A stretch of DNA of 64,000 bases, taken from assembly GCA_951406725.2 (NCBI GenBank), contig OX597816.1, forward strand, positions 66,154,001 to 66,218,000, in the 5' to 3' direction. The notes under the pieces are model-generated. The model saw only the letters and a list, made by a program, of their open reading frames with translations, did no database searches and was not told the origin of the DNA. Of this stretch, positions 24,003-39,011 are shown piece after piece (position 1 is the first letter of the stretch; every line of letters begins with the position of its first letter). The translations under genes were made by a program, and so were the position numbers. The stretch comes from Octopus vulgaris. Lineage: Eukaryota.

Positions 24003-27000
24003 TGAATCAAAAATCAAAGAGGACACTATATAAGTTAAAGATAACTGTAAACCAGTTATATTTTACATATTTGATGTTTTAACAAGAAGACCCTGCTTTT
24101 TCTAATTCAACAAATCTGAGTTTCAGATGAGCTATTGAATTAGTGAAAGTAGAATTTCTTTGCTAAAACATAACTAAACACACATACACTATGTTCTTTG
24201 ACAAAGTATTTTAGATGGTCCAACACTACAAACTGGTTTTATTAGCCAGTTGAAAATATGACACATTTCTAATACACATAAGGAAAAATAATTATGATCA
24301 TCATAAAACCAAATTTTTGCTCCAGCTTTAAGTTTTTGTAGTTAAGTGTGTGTGAGAGAGAAATTCACGGTTGGTTGTCAGGCAGCATCGCCAACAGTTT
24401 TCACCCCATCATTAGCACTGCATCTTTGCTCATGGTAAAAATACTCTGTACTATCAAGCTGCAGATACTTGCCTATATAAACAGTTGCCATAAGGAACAT
24501 GTTGCTTATCACTAGAAGCAGTAAAAATTTACATGTTTTGCCAGACAGACAAGTTTCCTGTTGTTCTGGGTAAAAGGCACAACAAACAACTCTTGATGTG
24601 TTCTTTCACAAAACCCTTAAGATGTGCCTGCAGGGTATTCTGGTGATATCTCTAACTCAATGGGTGATGTATGCATGCCTGCTCATATATAGCATGGGAA
24701 AATGAAAGTAAAACAAATGTATATGTATAATTCACAAAGCTTTTGTGTATTGACTAGATGGTGCAGCATGAATTTCTCTGCAAAGTAAGCCAACAAGCAA
24801 TGGCTGATTCTTAGTCCAAATCATTTTGGTAAAGGTGGTGGGAGTTAGGAGTGATAGAAACATTAGTATTACACACATTTCAACCTGTTAAATTCTGCAC
24901 AGGAAATAAAAGGCAACTGTAAATTAAGAAATGTGTAAAATAACATCTATTCTTTGTGCTTGTTAACCGAAAATATCAAATGTATACAAAATTTCTTTGA
25001 AATGTAGACTTAAATAACAAAACAATTCAAATGAGTTTTTTTCCATTGTTTGGGAGAGACTTAAAATATAGCATTTAAAATAGCAAAATGAATTAGTTTG
25101 TGTCACCTAGAAACTTATATAGCAGCAATGACCATATGACAGACTTTTGAAATGTAACTAGAGTAACATTCTTTGTTGGTTATGAATTTTTTTTTTTTTG
25201 AGAAATACAAATACCCTCTCATACACACACATACAGTGTAAGTACTATTACAATTTCTTCAAGTTTTCAAGAGTGATAATTTTTATCTATGTGGGTGGGC
25301 ATGTATGTGCGTGTATTATCCCAGAAGTGCCACATGAGAATAATTAATGAATATATTTAACCATACGACCATTGCCAAAGTTGGAATATGGTTTGTATTA
25401 TCAACACAACCTGCACAAGTCTCAACAGATGCAGCTCATGGCTGGATACTATACACACATACTTAAAAATCTAAATAAGAAAACACTCATAAATAGATCT
25501 AACGTCCTCTGCAAAATTATTTATACACGATGTAGGAGGATACATTATGGAGGCTTTCTTAATGCAAACAATTTTTATAGCTTGGAGCTTTGTAAAAGCA
25601 GCAGCTTCATTTACATATGTTGACCATGAAGATTTTTACATTATTTACATTCGACGGATGTTTGTTGTTAACACAACGTTTTGGCTGATATACCCTCCAG
25701 CCTTCTTCAGGTGTCTTGGGAAATTTTGAACCCGAGTTCTCATTTCCTAAGGTATTTTTCGATATTATTATTATTGTTCAGGTCACTGCTTGGAATCGAA
25801 CTCGGAATCAGTAGCCCGCGCTCTTAACTACTATGCCATATGCCCGTGGGCATACAAGATTTGCCTATGGGCATATGGCGTATTGGTTAAGAGCGCGGGC
25901 TACTAACCCCAAGATTCTGGGTTCGATTCCCAGCAGTAACCTGCACATTAACAATATCGAAAAATACCTTAGGAATGAGAACCTAGGTTTGAAATTTCTC
26001 CCAAGACACCTGAAGAAAGCTGGAGGGTATATCAGCCAAAACGTTGTGTTAACAACAAAGAAGATGAGAACAAATATCCGTCAAATGTAAATAATGTACA
26101 TAATTCCTCATCTCTTAAATATGGAAATGAAGAAGTTTGTTTGAAATTGCCAAGCAGGCATCAACATTTGAAGTGCAATGAAGCCAGAAAAATGAAGAAC
26201 ACATGAAACCAAATTTTAAATTTACAGCCATGTTTGGAACATAGGCCTGAATTTTAGAATTTTAGAATTAGAATCTTTATATTAAATGCCTATGGTTATA
26301 TTAAAAGCAAGCAATATTTGGTCTAGAACTATATTTTTGATTTTGCCTATTTTTTCTTCTAGATATTGGACCATCAGAGCAGTTATTAGGTAAGTATATC
26401 TCTACGTTGTATAAATTTGAATCGAATTGTACTTGGGCATAACAATTTTAATTTATAAAAAAACGTTCCAAACTTTTGGCCACAACTGTATGTGATTAAT
26501 ATTAGAAATGTAGAGAGATTTTGGAAAATTCTTGTAGTTTTAACAGTATAACAAGGAGGTACATAGACATGAAAATCTAAACTCAGAAGTAGGAATTTTC
26601 TAAATAAAAATTATAATCATAATTTCAACACATACTTGAAAGAAGTATTTCCAATTTATCTCACACAAACACATACAAAGGTGGATTAATTTTCACTAAC
26701 TGCTATTATAATTTACTTCATATATAAGTGGTTAACTCCAAGTTCTACAAAACAAGAACTAGAAAGGAATTTCAAGAAGAAAACTCTGGACAAAAGGCAT
26801 AATGTGTTTAGCCCACAATCATAATAAAGAATTGGTGTAAGTAAAGTTGGTGATAATAATGATGAGTTATTAATGAAACTCCTGTAAAAATCACAACCTA
26901 GAAATTCTTAATATATATCCATAACCAAAACACATTTTAAAAGGGAATAAAACTTTATTCAGATATTTTTAGGGCTTTTTCTTTACAGCTTAAAATAAGA

Positions 27001-29214
27001 AGAGACAGGTTTGTTTTATAGTAAATTCTAACAATATATATCTTTACTTCCAAAAGACTGCATAGTAAAAATAGATTAATGAATTAACAGTTTACATAAA
27101 ACATACTTGGTGATGGGGATCATGTCTTATTTTACACTTGTTCTTATAAAATGTGTATTTTAAATGTCTAACATGATTCATCCAAGATATAATTGTTTCA
27201 GTTCCAACACACAATATCCAATCAAATCATCTAACATGTACAACTTCAAAACAAATTAAAAGTTATGTGAGTATCATTCAAGAGAATACCAAGAAATTAA
27301 AAACCTCTTAAATCCTGCTACTAATTTATTGATAGTTTCAAATTTCTAAGCTTTTTTTTTTTCTATGTCTTTTCAGAAATGTATACTGAACATCAGAGTG
27401 GTAGTTTCTAGTGTATAACTAGCTAAATGTAATGAAAGGAAGAAAATTTTAAAAATTGAAAGCAAACTCACTGAAATCATGAAGTGCAAAGAAAGAAAAT
27501 ATTGAATCAAGGGATTCCAAATATTTCTTCTGAACTTGAATCGAGATTTTGCAAGGTTTGTGTCTATTGGGGAGGTGCAGGAAACACTAAAGTTTATTTT
27601 TATTGAGCTAACAAAAAGATCAATAAAGCAAGCTATACAATTACTTTTCTTTCGGCTATTCAGAAACATTCCTATCAACCCACATCACCTTGTCAGCATT
27701 AGCATTGATAAGTTTCTTTTCTAGGTACAAGGAGTTAGTTGAATACATTGACTCCCAATACTTGACTGACAAGTGAAGTTGACATTAGCAGGATTTGAAC
27801 TCAGAAAGTAAGAGAGCCAGAACATAATAACACAAGACAATCCAATACTAACCAAAACATAATTAGTCAAAAATTTCTCAAGCCATCATACATAATATTA
27901 CGAAAAGCGTTAGAGATACCAATCATAAAATTATAGAGTGCATATCACTCTATATTCTATTTAGTTACCATCAACAATTTCAAAAGCAGTTCTTTATAAA
28001 TCTACAAGAAAGTTTAAACAAAGAAAAATTGGTTACTTAGAAATAAAACAAACTAGAAACAAGAACTTAAAGAACATAGCGAGCAGACCCATAAGACCAT
28101 GACTATGTTTTTAAAAAAATCTAACGCAATTTCATTGATCAAGAAATTAGGCCAGCTCAATTCAAACTGACATGAACTCTGAGAGACTTCCATGTAAAAA
28201 CAGTTCAATTTTTTTTACTGTTGGTTTAACTTAAAGAAATTAAATTAATTAGATCTACAAGAATTATGGTTACTTGCTTGATAACCTTGTTACTGACAAA
28301 GGTAGATATAGAGAGGGTTAGAAATACTTAAATGTCACACCATGCCTGAGGCATTTGAATTAACATGTACAATATATATAGAGAGAGAGATATCTGAAAT
28401 TACTCAAGCTGACAGAAATGGAAACCAAATCCTCAAATTACATGTTATCTTAAAAGGAAGGTATACTGCAGTTTTGGACATGTTATGCACAAAAAAAAAA
28501 TAAATAAGAGGATCATGGTTAAAATGTCATTGATCATAAGAATATTCAATCAGAATCTATAATTCTCACACAGAGCCTCAGATATAAACTTGAACTCAAA
28601 CTAGATATTAACCAACAATTGCACACAAAAGACAGTTTCTACAATTGTGTTTTGGGATTATAAATCACATCTAATAATTATTATCAAAATGATTGTCATT
28701 GATAAGATAAGGTTTTTATATATGCATATAAAAATCATGTAAATATATATATGAAGGCACATTGGAAGAAACATCAGAGCCTTCTGTTTTTCCTGTTTAT
28801 GTTAGAATTTTCATATACAAAAAGAACCTGGGGATGTCAAGACATTAAGAAATACTTTTTGCCAGTATTTAAATAATTAAGAGTCACAGTCTCTGCTAAT
28901 TCTATTTAAGAGTATACTTCTAGACTTCATCTAAAACAATTTTGAGGTTATGACAAACAGGTCTAACAAAAAAAAGTTTTCTAAAAAAAGCAAAAGGATA
29001 AGAATTCCACCTTAGCTGAGGTTTATCCAGTTTTAATTTTTTTTAAAAATTGTTTTAGTGTAAAGCTAGTATTTTGTTGTATTGAATTCCTATCCTACAG
29101 TGTTACATAAAAATTGATATTGGCTATTAAACAGAAGACGATACATACATACATTAATTATACCCAAACATTACTATTCAAAATACAAGTGTGCACATAT
29201 ACACTCACACATAC

Positions 29215-29251
<37 letters not shown>

Positions 29252-32200
29252 CATGTGTGTGTATTATTACATAAGGTTTCTAAAGAATAAGACTACACCT
29301 ATAAAAGTTGAAATGTTTCAAATGCTAAAGATGGCTTTTTTTGCTATGCAAACACACAGACAGACACACACACACACACAGAATAAATGAAGAGAATTAT
29401 TTGCCCTTCAAATGACATGATGTCTACCTTGAAGCTAATGTATCCCTGTGTAAAGGATCTTCTCTGTCGGCAGCAATTGCTGCATTAATGTCGCATGGGC
29501 CTGTTGTAGGCTGTTCCGGCGGCATGGCACAGTGGCCCAATTCAGCAGGTGCACCGGCAGATTGTTGTTGTGGCTGCTGCTGCTGTTGCTGTGCTGCTGG
29601 TTGCTGTTGTGACTGCTGCTGCTGCTGTTGTTGATGCTCCCGCATCTGCTGTTGCTGCTGATCCCGTTGCTGTTGTTGTTGTTGCTGGTGATGTTCCCGC
29701 TGCTGTTGTTGTTGGTGGAGGTGTTGGTGGTGCTGCTGTTGGTGGTGGTAGTGATGGTGGGCTCTCCTGTTAGAAGTGGTCTCAACACAGTCCCCAGCTG
29801 CAGCAGCACCTGCAGCTGAAATGCCTGAATGAGCAAGCAATGGCTGCATAACATTGTCACCGCTCGGAGAGGAGGCAGCTGCTTTGTCGCCTGCTGCAGC
29901 TTCCACTTCTTTATTGCAGTCTGTATTTGCCAATGTTGGGTGCAAAAGAGGCGGAGGAAAGTTAACATCAGCACAGGTCATCAGTTCATCCACAGATGCT
30001 GCAGATGCTGAAATAATAATAAGAGAAAGCCATTGCAATTACAATAGCTAGTATTAAATGTAAACAAAACAAAGAATTTACATTAAATTTTCAAAAAATA
30101 ACACCATCAATAACAAGGGTAAAATACCCCTTTGGTCATGAATGACCATGGGATCAAACCCAGAAAGTTACATCGTTTATGGAAGACCAGCAGTTGCCCG
30201 TGCATACCAGACTTCCCTCTCCATGCCACTGATGTTATTCAAAGGAAAGGCAAAGGTCAATACAGCTTGGCATCAGTAATGTCACAACTCATTTCTACAG
30301 CTGAGCTCAAGAACACAACACACAGCCTAGTCTGGGAATCAAACTCACTACCTCATGGTTGTGAGCCCAATGATCTAACCACTGAACCATGCGCCTTCAC
30401 ATCAATAACTAACATTAGTTATAAGTAAGCTGGAAACAAATATCATAAGACAATGTAACCCACATTGTATGTAACAGCACTGTAAAGTCGACAATAGTAT
30501 TTCATAAGATTATAGATCCACTACCTGTGAATATAGTTTAGTTCAGTGGAAGTGGAGGGTTTTAGCCGGTCTCTGTTTCTCTTTTTTTTTTTATTGGTTT
30601 AGTCTGAAGGGGCAATGTGTGTGTGTGTGTAGGTATGTGTACCTATAGCTTGTACAGGCTCTCCAAGACCAGTGAGATTGACACAATGTTCCTCTTGAAC
30701 AATCAATAACAGACAAGACAACATGTGCAAGGAGAGAATTCCAGTGGACCAACATTCAGATAGAATGTGTAAGTTAGTGTGGGGGCCTGGATGATGAATA
30801 CAATAGTGAATGGCAAGGTCGAGAAGCGAGTCAGGAGTTTCGCAGTAAATGTAACATGAGGTCAGCCCGCCCCAACAAACAGCAGCCATTGTAGAAGTAG
30901 GAAAAGCTAAAAGAGGAGACTAAAAGACTGTGGATCAGAAGTTGGAGTGTAATAGTGAGCAACTTCACATTAATCAGTCAAGTGGCCTTTCTATGAATAT
31001 GGTCAAAGATGTTTGTGTAAAACAGCACCATCTATTGAAAGTCTTAGTTGAACTTTGTAGAGAATTGGTACAAGTTGAGTGCTAAATTAATTTTGGGCTG
31101 AGAAGGAAGGCCTTTTTCTTTTTTTTTTTTTTTTGTGAGAATGTTTTTTAAATTGAGGGTGTGCGTATGCCAGGAGAGATCCTCAGTCACAGTGAGGACT
31201 ATTCTTTGTATTGATTTGAAGGTTCTAGTAACCTGCTGTTCCATGTTTAGGAGAAGTGAGGTACAACAATGTTTCCTAGAAATGTTTAGTGCGTTGTGTC
31301 TTTATACTGCAGAAGGAGCCAAGATTGGTATAAACCTACTGAAGATGTTTTGAAGTATCTGTTCATGGACTGAGAACAAATTTGGTGTGAGGGGATAGGA
31401 TGCAAGTAATGATATTTGGGTGCAGCAGATCATGAGGTAAGATTAGTATCATCTGCATAGAAATGGATGTCATGCTGATATTAAGATATTTGATGAATAA
31501 AAAGCAAATCTTAGAGGATGCCAGAGTTAATAGATTGTAGGCTTGAGAGAGCTTCCTCAGCATGTGCTGACACATTGTAGTCATAGATGGGCAGTTTTGT
31601 TAGTTTTTTCTGTGCCAGACATGATCAAAAGCCTTGTTGATGTTGAGGGCACTGTAACTACTTTCACCAAACACCTTGAAGTTGAGAGAGCCTACAGGTG
31701 ACACTGGAGAGAACTCTTCAATGGATCTGATTTTATGAAAGGTGTACTGGTGGTCACTAAGGAGAGAGGGTGATTTAAGATGTTAGAGAAGATTGTTGTT
31801 AATGGATCTCTTTCATCTTTGAGATACTGAAATGGTGTGCAAATACTTTGATAGATCTTGTAGAGAGTGAGATTGAAATGTTTGGTTAGTAGCATGCATT
31901 GTACGGAACAGTGTCAAGTTCAGTGGACTTGTTAGTTTGAAGGAAGTGGAGTTGCTTTTGCATTTGGCATGTGGCCTGATAGAGTAGAAAGGGATAACTC
32001 TGGAAGGGATTTTTTGACTATATGCAATTATCATCATCATTTAACGTCCATTTTCCATGCTACCATGGGTTGGACAGTTCGACTGGGGTCTGGAAGCCAT
32101 GGAGGCTGCACCAGGCTCTAGTCTGATTTGGCAGTGTTTCTACAGCTGGATGCCCTTCCTAACACCAACCACTCCGTGAGTGTAGCAATGTGGAGTCAAA

Positions 32201-32824
32201 TACAAAGCATGCAGTAGATGTGGAAGTTTCCTCCACTGAAGTACTTCTTACAGAACTCTTGTGAATATCAAGTTTTTTCAAATAACCCAGTGGATTATTC
32301 GGCACTCAATAAAACAGAATTCTAGGTGTTAAAATATCTGAGAAGTGTTGGAACTTACCAGGTGAATGTTCAGTGTTGTTATTGCTAACTATGGTGTTAT
32401 GGTTATTGTCCACTTGTCCAAGCTCTGTATCCAAGTGAGGTTCACTTGACCCAGCACCTTCCGATGTTCTTGGCTGCAAGGGTTTCATTGGATCGAAACA
32501 GTCTGGTAGTGGTACGATGTAGAAGTCGCTGTCACTTTGACTCAATTCATCATCACTCAGGGTATCAAGTGATTCTACATCAGCTTCCAAATCTAAAGAA
32601 TTTTTTTTCATAAAAAAATTTCATTTTACATTTTTATTGTTTATATCTTTAAAACTAAAAGAAAAAAAGCCCCATTAGAGTAAAAAGAAAAGATATAGAA
32701 ATAAACTTTTATATTTCAGAGTTATACTTTGTTTGCAAGTGACCCGATTTGAGATTGTGTGGTGACAGCAACATCATGATGCAGTCATGACAACCATCTA
32801 CAACAAAGACACACATACACACGT

Positions 32825-32859
<35 letters not shown>

Positions 32860-34560
32860 AATTTACTTTCGTTTTATTTCTTGTTGATAGATACACAATA
32901 AAACTTTGATATTTTATGGTGTATAATACTAACTGATCACTGACAATCCCTCTGCATAAATTTATACAGAATGGCCATGTAGTTAAGAAGTTTTCTATGC
33001 ATCTACATAATTCTGTGTTCAATCCCGTTATGCAACACACCTTCTGCAAAGTGTTTCCTATTACAAACATTGGAATTACAAACCAATACTTTGTGAGTAG
33101 AATTTGATTGACAGAAAAAAGACCATCACACACACAGTTTGTGTGTGTATATGCACATACATTTACACTGCTATTGTATTTATGTTAGATAACTTTATAT
33201 CCTGTAACTATGAGGTTAGGCAAAGAGATTAATAAAATAAGTACCCAGCTGAAATAAATGACTGCATATGTGTGTATGCATGCTTATACATATATATATA
33301 AATGATGCTGTGCAATGAAACTGAACTCAGAACCATGTGATTGCAAATTGAATTTCTTAACCACAAGGCCATTAAACCAATAAACAAAAAGAACAGGACA
33401 TGACAAATTTCATTGGCAAAGTTACTAAAACCCATTTTAGGAAACCAAACAGAAAAAAAAATAAAATAAAATAGGCTCAGTATATAAAGTTAATTCTGTA
33501 CAACAGATAAGGGAAGGAAAAAGAAATACAAAACAAAACTGCAAAATATCATTGGAAAAACCACACATACATGCTTGCTTATAGTTGAGGTAGAAAATAG
33601 AAAAATGTTTTGCACATGCACTTACATGTATGTGTCTTCAGCTCTACCTTTAGTAATTAGTCAGGAGATGAAGGACAGCAGCCATGATTTATCAAGGCTA
33701 CTGTCCTTTAATGTTACTATCCTATGTCCAGACTAGCAACATTGGTACTTCTAATACTATATTTATTTCTTTATTGCCCAAAGTATGGGGGGGGGGGACT
33801 AAACATAGAGGGGACAAACAAGGACAAAGAGATTAAGTCAATTACATCGACCCAGTGTGTAACTGGTACTTATTTAATCAACTCTGAAAGGATGAAAGAC
33901 AAAGTCGACCTCAGCAGAATTTGAACTCAGAACATAACAGCAAACGAAATACCACTAAGCATTTCGTCTGGTGTGCTAACGATTCTGCCAGCTCACCGCC
34001 TTTAATACTTCTAAAACTATATTGTGCATCCAAGGTGGTGGTATTAAACCAGGCAGCATGTTAGCCCTACCATTAAATGTTTATGTGTGTGTATACACAT
34101 GTGAGCATGAGCACATGAATAGAATATATATGAAAATGGTTTACATGCAACCATCAGGTGACTAATAATCAAGAAAGTGTGTTTGGAATTATTGAATTTC
34201 TACTTCTAAAGTGTGTGTATTATATTATATACATATACACAGTGTTCCAAGTTACTCAAATAATGGACCAACATACTCACTGAATTAAGTGGCTAAATAT
34301 TCCCCAGCCCCTTCTTGACATAATGCTTGGAAAGAATCAGCTTGACACAGACTGCAGTGAAGCTGGGCCACTGAATTACAAGTAGAGTTTCATCTGTCTA
34401 CCCAATTTCACTTACAAACCTCGGGTCATGTCATTGCAAGGATATAGTAGCAGGCACTTATGATGCAGTGGAATCAAATTGGGACCTTATGATTGTAGGG
34501 TACACATTTGATAATGGGTTTGCTCAATCATAGGTCAATTGGAGCTAAACTACAGCAACA

Positions 34561-34603
<43 letters not shown>

Positions 34604-37600
34604 TATACAGACAATGCAATCTATAATGCAACATCAATCCACCTACCTCTTTTAGGGTAGAAACTACCAAAGTTTTGTGCCCAATCTTTTGCAAAAGGAT
34701 TGTAGTCTGTATCAAGTTCATCAGGCAACAATGCCACGCTGCTACTACTGCTGCTGCTGTTGGAAACTGTAAGCTGGTCCATATCAGGGGTAGGTGACTT
34801 GGGAGGGCTCACATCTGTCACAGGTGCACATAACATTCAATAAACCAGGCAAACCACAGAAAAGCAAATTAACATCACAGAATAAAATAAAATAGCATAT
34901 ATTAAAAAATTATTTTATGGCTGTTTCTTCATGCTTGCACGAGTCAAATGTGTCTAGTTCAGCCATATTTCCGTTCATTTCAATCCTTGCTGATCTTGTA
35001 AGACCCAGAATCCAAAAATTTAAATTCATCACGTTTTATATCTTCTGAAGCCTACTTCTACCACTGTCAGCATATAACACTCTTTTGTCCAGTACTTACA
35101 AGAAATTTGCATCATGGATACACACAAGCACAACTGGTTCAGTCCTGTGTATATCGGCAGAAGCTATAACTGCATCACCAATCCACCAGCCTGCTATTGT
35201 GCCCTGCATGCAAGCTGACATTACACATTAAATGAATCATATGTGGTCCATCTGTTAGGCTCTACAGACCCTCCACATATAATGTCAGTGGTCTATAGAA
35301 ACACATTCTTTACACATGCTTTATACAGTCTAACTTTCACAGAGGAAAATCAATGCCAACAGAAGTAATAAGAAAAAAAACTTCCATCCTGCCACTTCAT
35401 TTTTTTTTTTTTTGCTCTAGCTTTACACAATTAATATAACCATGTCCAATACTAATTAGATCATCTAGATAATAGAAATTATTTACTACATCTAATGAGT
35501 CAGCTCAGCTGTTCATGGATTTCAATTCATAAAGTATTCCTATTGCCAACTATTCCTGTAAATATAGCATATTTGAAGTTTTGGTTCTACCAGAGATCTC
35601 TCTACCTCTTTTATCCATTTTTGTGCAAGAAAAAAAAATTATAAACATTAAACAATACAACAAGGGAAAGCTGGCTTCAGTTAAATTTGGTATGAAATAG
35701 TTTTTGGTTAGAAAAAGTCTATCCACTTTACTTCATATAGACAGCTTTAATTACATACATTTTGATTCCTGGCAGATTATAAAAGACAAAGTGACACAGC
35801 CAGCACAAAAATAGCAAAAATATTCATAAATTTATTCTATTATGCCTATGAAAGAAACAATCCAAATGCTGGCAACAACTGTAGAGTAGATGTAAGTTTT
35901 TTATATCAGGTGATCCTAAATTTCTACTCATTTTACACTCTGTAAGAAAAAAAAAATCCAATTTGGCTATTTAAGGTACATCATCATTTAACGTCCGTTT
36001 TTCATGCTAGCATGGGTTGGATGGCTCGACCGGGGTCTGGGAAACCAGGAGGCTGCACTAGGCTCCAGTCTGATCAGGCAGTGTTTCTATAGCTGGATGC
36101 CTTTCCTAACGCCAACCACTCCATGTATGTAGTGGGTGCTTTTTACGTGCCGCAAGCACAGGGGCCAGAGGAGGCTGGCAACAGCCACGATCAGTTGGTG
36201 CTTTTTACATGCCAGCCAAGGTGATGCTGGCATCGGCCACATTCAATTTTTATAAATGCTGTTGTAGCTGTACCCAATAGCATAGCTACAACATGTAGTG
36301 ACCCTCAGCATTATACCAACAATATGCTTCTATATGAAACCATATATGGTTTCATATAACAAGGTAATATGACCAGATGAGTATAAGATCTGACACTTGC
36401 TGTGATAATAGTGATACTATTTCAACTGCCAAGAATGGACTATATCTTAGGTACAGTTTGTTTTCAAGTATATCCTATAAATACCATTTACAACAAATAA
36501 AACATAGCTGTTCAATAACTCTAGCACAATAGAAGCAATCCTTACTGTTTTAATCTAACATTTACAAAAGGGACTGAAGAGATTTTAGTTAATAGCTCCA
36601 AGAATGGAATTATAAACTAGTAACAAACAAATTAGTAGCACACCAACATTTGAACAGGTTTCCAAATCTCTTGCAATAAAAAAAAAATAGCAAAACAAGA
36701 AAAAAAACCCCATTATCCTACTTTGGATACATGGCAATAATTCAGTTAAAATTGCTGTGCAAGCAGTGAAGGAAATTGTTTTACAGGTATGTCCAAGATG
36801 CAGGGAGAGAATGACACTGTGGATATGAGAATGCAGAAAAACCTTTTTCTGTATTTCACTATCTTAGCAAGACAGTCAGTAAGAGAAAATAAAAGAACAG
36901 AGTTAATTTTTTTTTAATGTAATTTTGCATCCAATTTTCCATTGTGATAAGGAATATCTGTATCAGAGAATACAAGCACTTGTAATAGTTGAGCTGTGTG
37001 AAATGGCCCGAGTTTCATTTTGACTGATTAAATGATAATAGGAATTGTTTTATCAAAGGGCAAACTATCCATCCATTGGAATTACATTAAATCAAAATAT
37101 ATGATCTCCCCTTACACCCTAGACTAAATCAGTGATAAAGTACAATTTATGTGTAGCTTACCTAATGGTGTATTATTTGGGGTGGCTGTGTGAGAAGCCT
37201 TTGGTGTAGACCGGCTGTGCATATTCAAATTCTCAAAAGACAGTAGGTCTTGCCCCAAATGGCAATTAACACTTGGTGATTCCATCGTCAACTTAGCCAT
37301 AGCACCTGCCACAACAGAGTTTAATACTTCAACATTGTCACCTTTCTTGGTCATGGTGGCACTGGTTGGTGCTGACTCCTCCTCTATCTGCTTCTCAGCA
37401 GCTGGCACACTTGCACCATCAACACATGCTGATTGGCTTTTTTCACTCCCAGGATAATCACCAAGTTCCTGTGAAACAATAATTCATGAAAAATATAATT
37501 TAACAGAGATAATTTTTGTGAAGGCAGAGTATAATTAATTAAATCAATAAACAGTGGTAGTAATTTCATCAACCATAGACAAATAAAAGGCAAAATTGAC

Positions 37601-38964
37601 CACAAAAGATAGAGGACAAAATTACATTTATACTAGTTCACAGCCTTTTAATAAAATATAAAGACAAATTTCAAAAACAAAAATAAGTTGCTTTTTTTTC
37701 TATGAATAGTATAAAGCGTAAAGACCCCTTTCGGTCATGAATGACCATGGGATTGCAGCTAGAAAGTTCCCTCCAAGGCACAAGTCCAGGCAAGGTTGTT
37801 TATGGAAGACCAGCAGTCACCCATGCATACCAGCCTTGCCTCTCCAGGCCACTGATATTATCTGAGCGAAAGGCAAAAGTCGATACAGCTTGGCACCAGT
37901 GATGTAACAACTCATTTCTGCAGCTGAGTGAATTGGAGTAATGTGAAATAAAGTGTCTTGCTCAAGAACGCAACACACAGCCCAGTCTGGGAATCGAACT
38001 CACTACCTCATGATTGTGAGCCTGACACTCTAACCAGAGTTATGCACCTTCATATGAATAGCTTTTGATTTTTCTATGAATAGTATATAAAATACAAAAA
38101 GAAAAAATCTGATCCATTTAAAAATTAAGACCTGAAATCAGATTTGATATGTAAGCAACATTTATGAAAATAAAACATTTTGCTGTTGTACACATTTCCT
38201 AATTTGTCAGATAATGGACTGAAACAATGATGACGATATCTGAATATTGACGTAAGAACATAAATAGCAGGTAGAGATTAGCTTGGTGCTTGCATCAAAC
38301 AAATACAAAACTGCAACTCATTCATTCAAGACACTGACTAAAAGAAAAATTTAAAAGTAGCCTTTGATAAGTATTAACTGTTGAAGTGCTACAATATTGA
38401 GATCAGAGTGGAAAATATTGTAGTTCAATATGGCTATTGTTGGTAGTGGGATCTTGACAGGTGTTTGTAACCATGGCCAGACATGTTTTCATGGAAGAAT
38501 AGGAATAAACATCACTTGTACGACAGTGATGCTCATTTAACAAGTATCATGTGAAGTCAAAACAAAGGTACACACACACACACACACACACACCTGTGTA
38601 TATACATCATCATCATTTAATGTCCGCTTTCCATGCTAGCATGGGTTGGACGATTTGTCTGAGGACTGGCAAACCAGATGGCTGCACCAGACTACAATCT
38701 GATCTGGCAGAGTTTCTACAGCTGGATGCCCTTCCTAATGCCAACCACTCCGAGAGCGTAGTGGGTGCTTTTACGTGCCACTGGCACGAGGGCCAGTCTA
38801 TCGGTATTGGCAACAGCCATGCTCGAAATGGTGTTTTTTACATGCCACCTGCACAGGAGTCAGTCCATCGGCACTGGCAACAACCTTGCTCGAATGCTTT
38901 GTTCACGTGCCACCGGGACAAGTGCCAGTAAGGCGACGCTGGTAACGATCACTCTCAAATGGAG

Positions 38965-39011
<47 letters not shown>

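Noticed and set aside
25869-25941. tRNA gene with ACT anticodon
   Set aside because: Poor acceptor stem, embedded in a repeated element and no T-run terminator; treated as a tRNA-derived head.
26680-28240. Possible decayed DNA-transposase remnant
   Set aside because: No motif I could identify with confidence.
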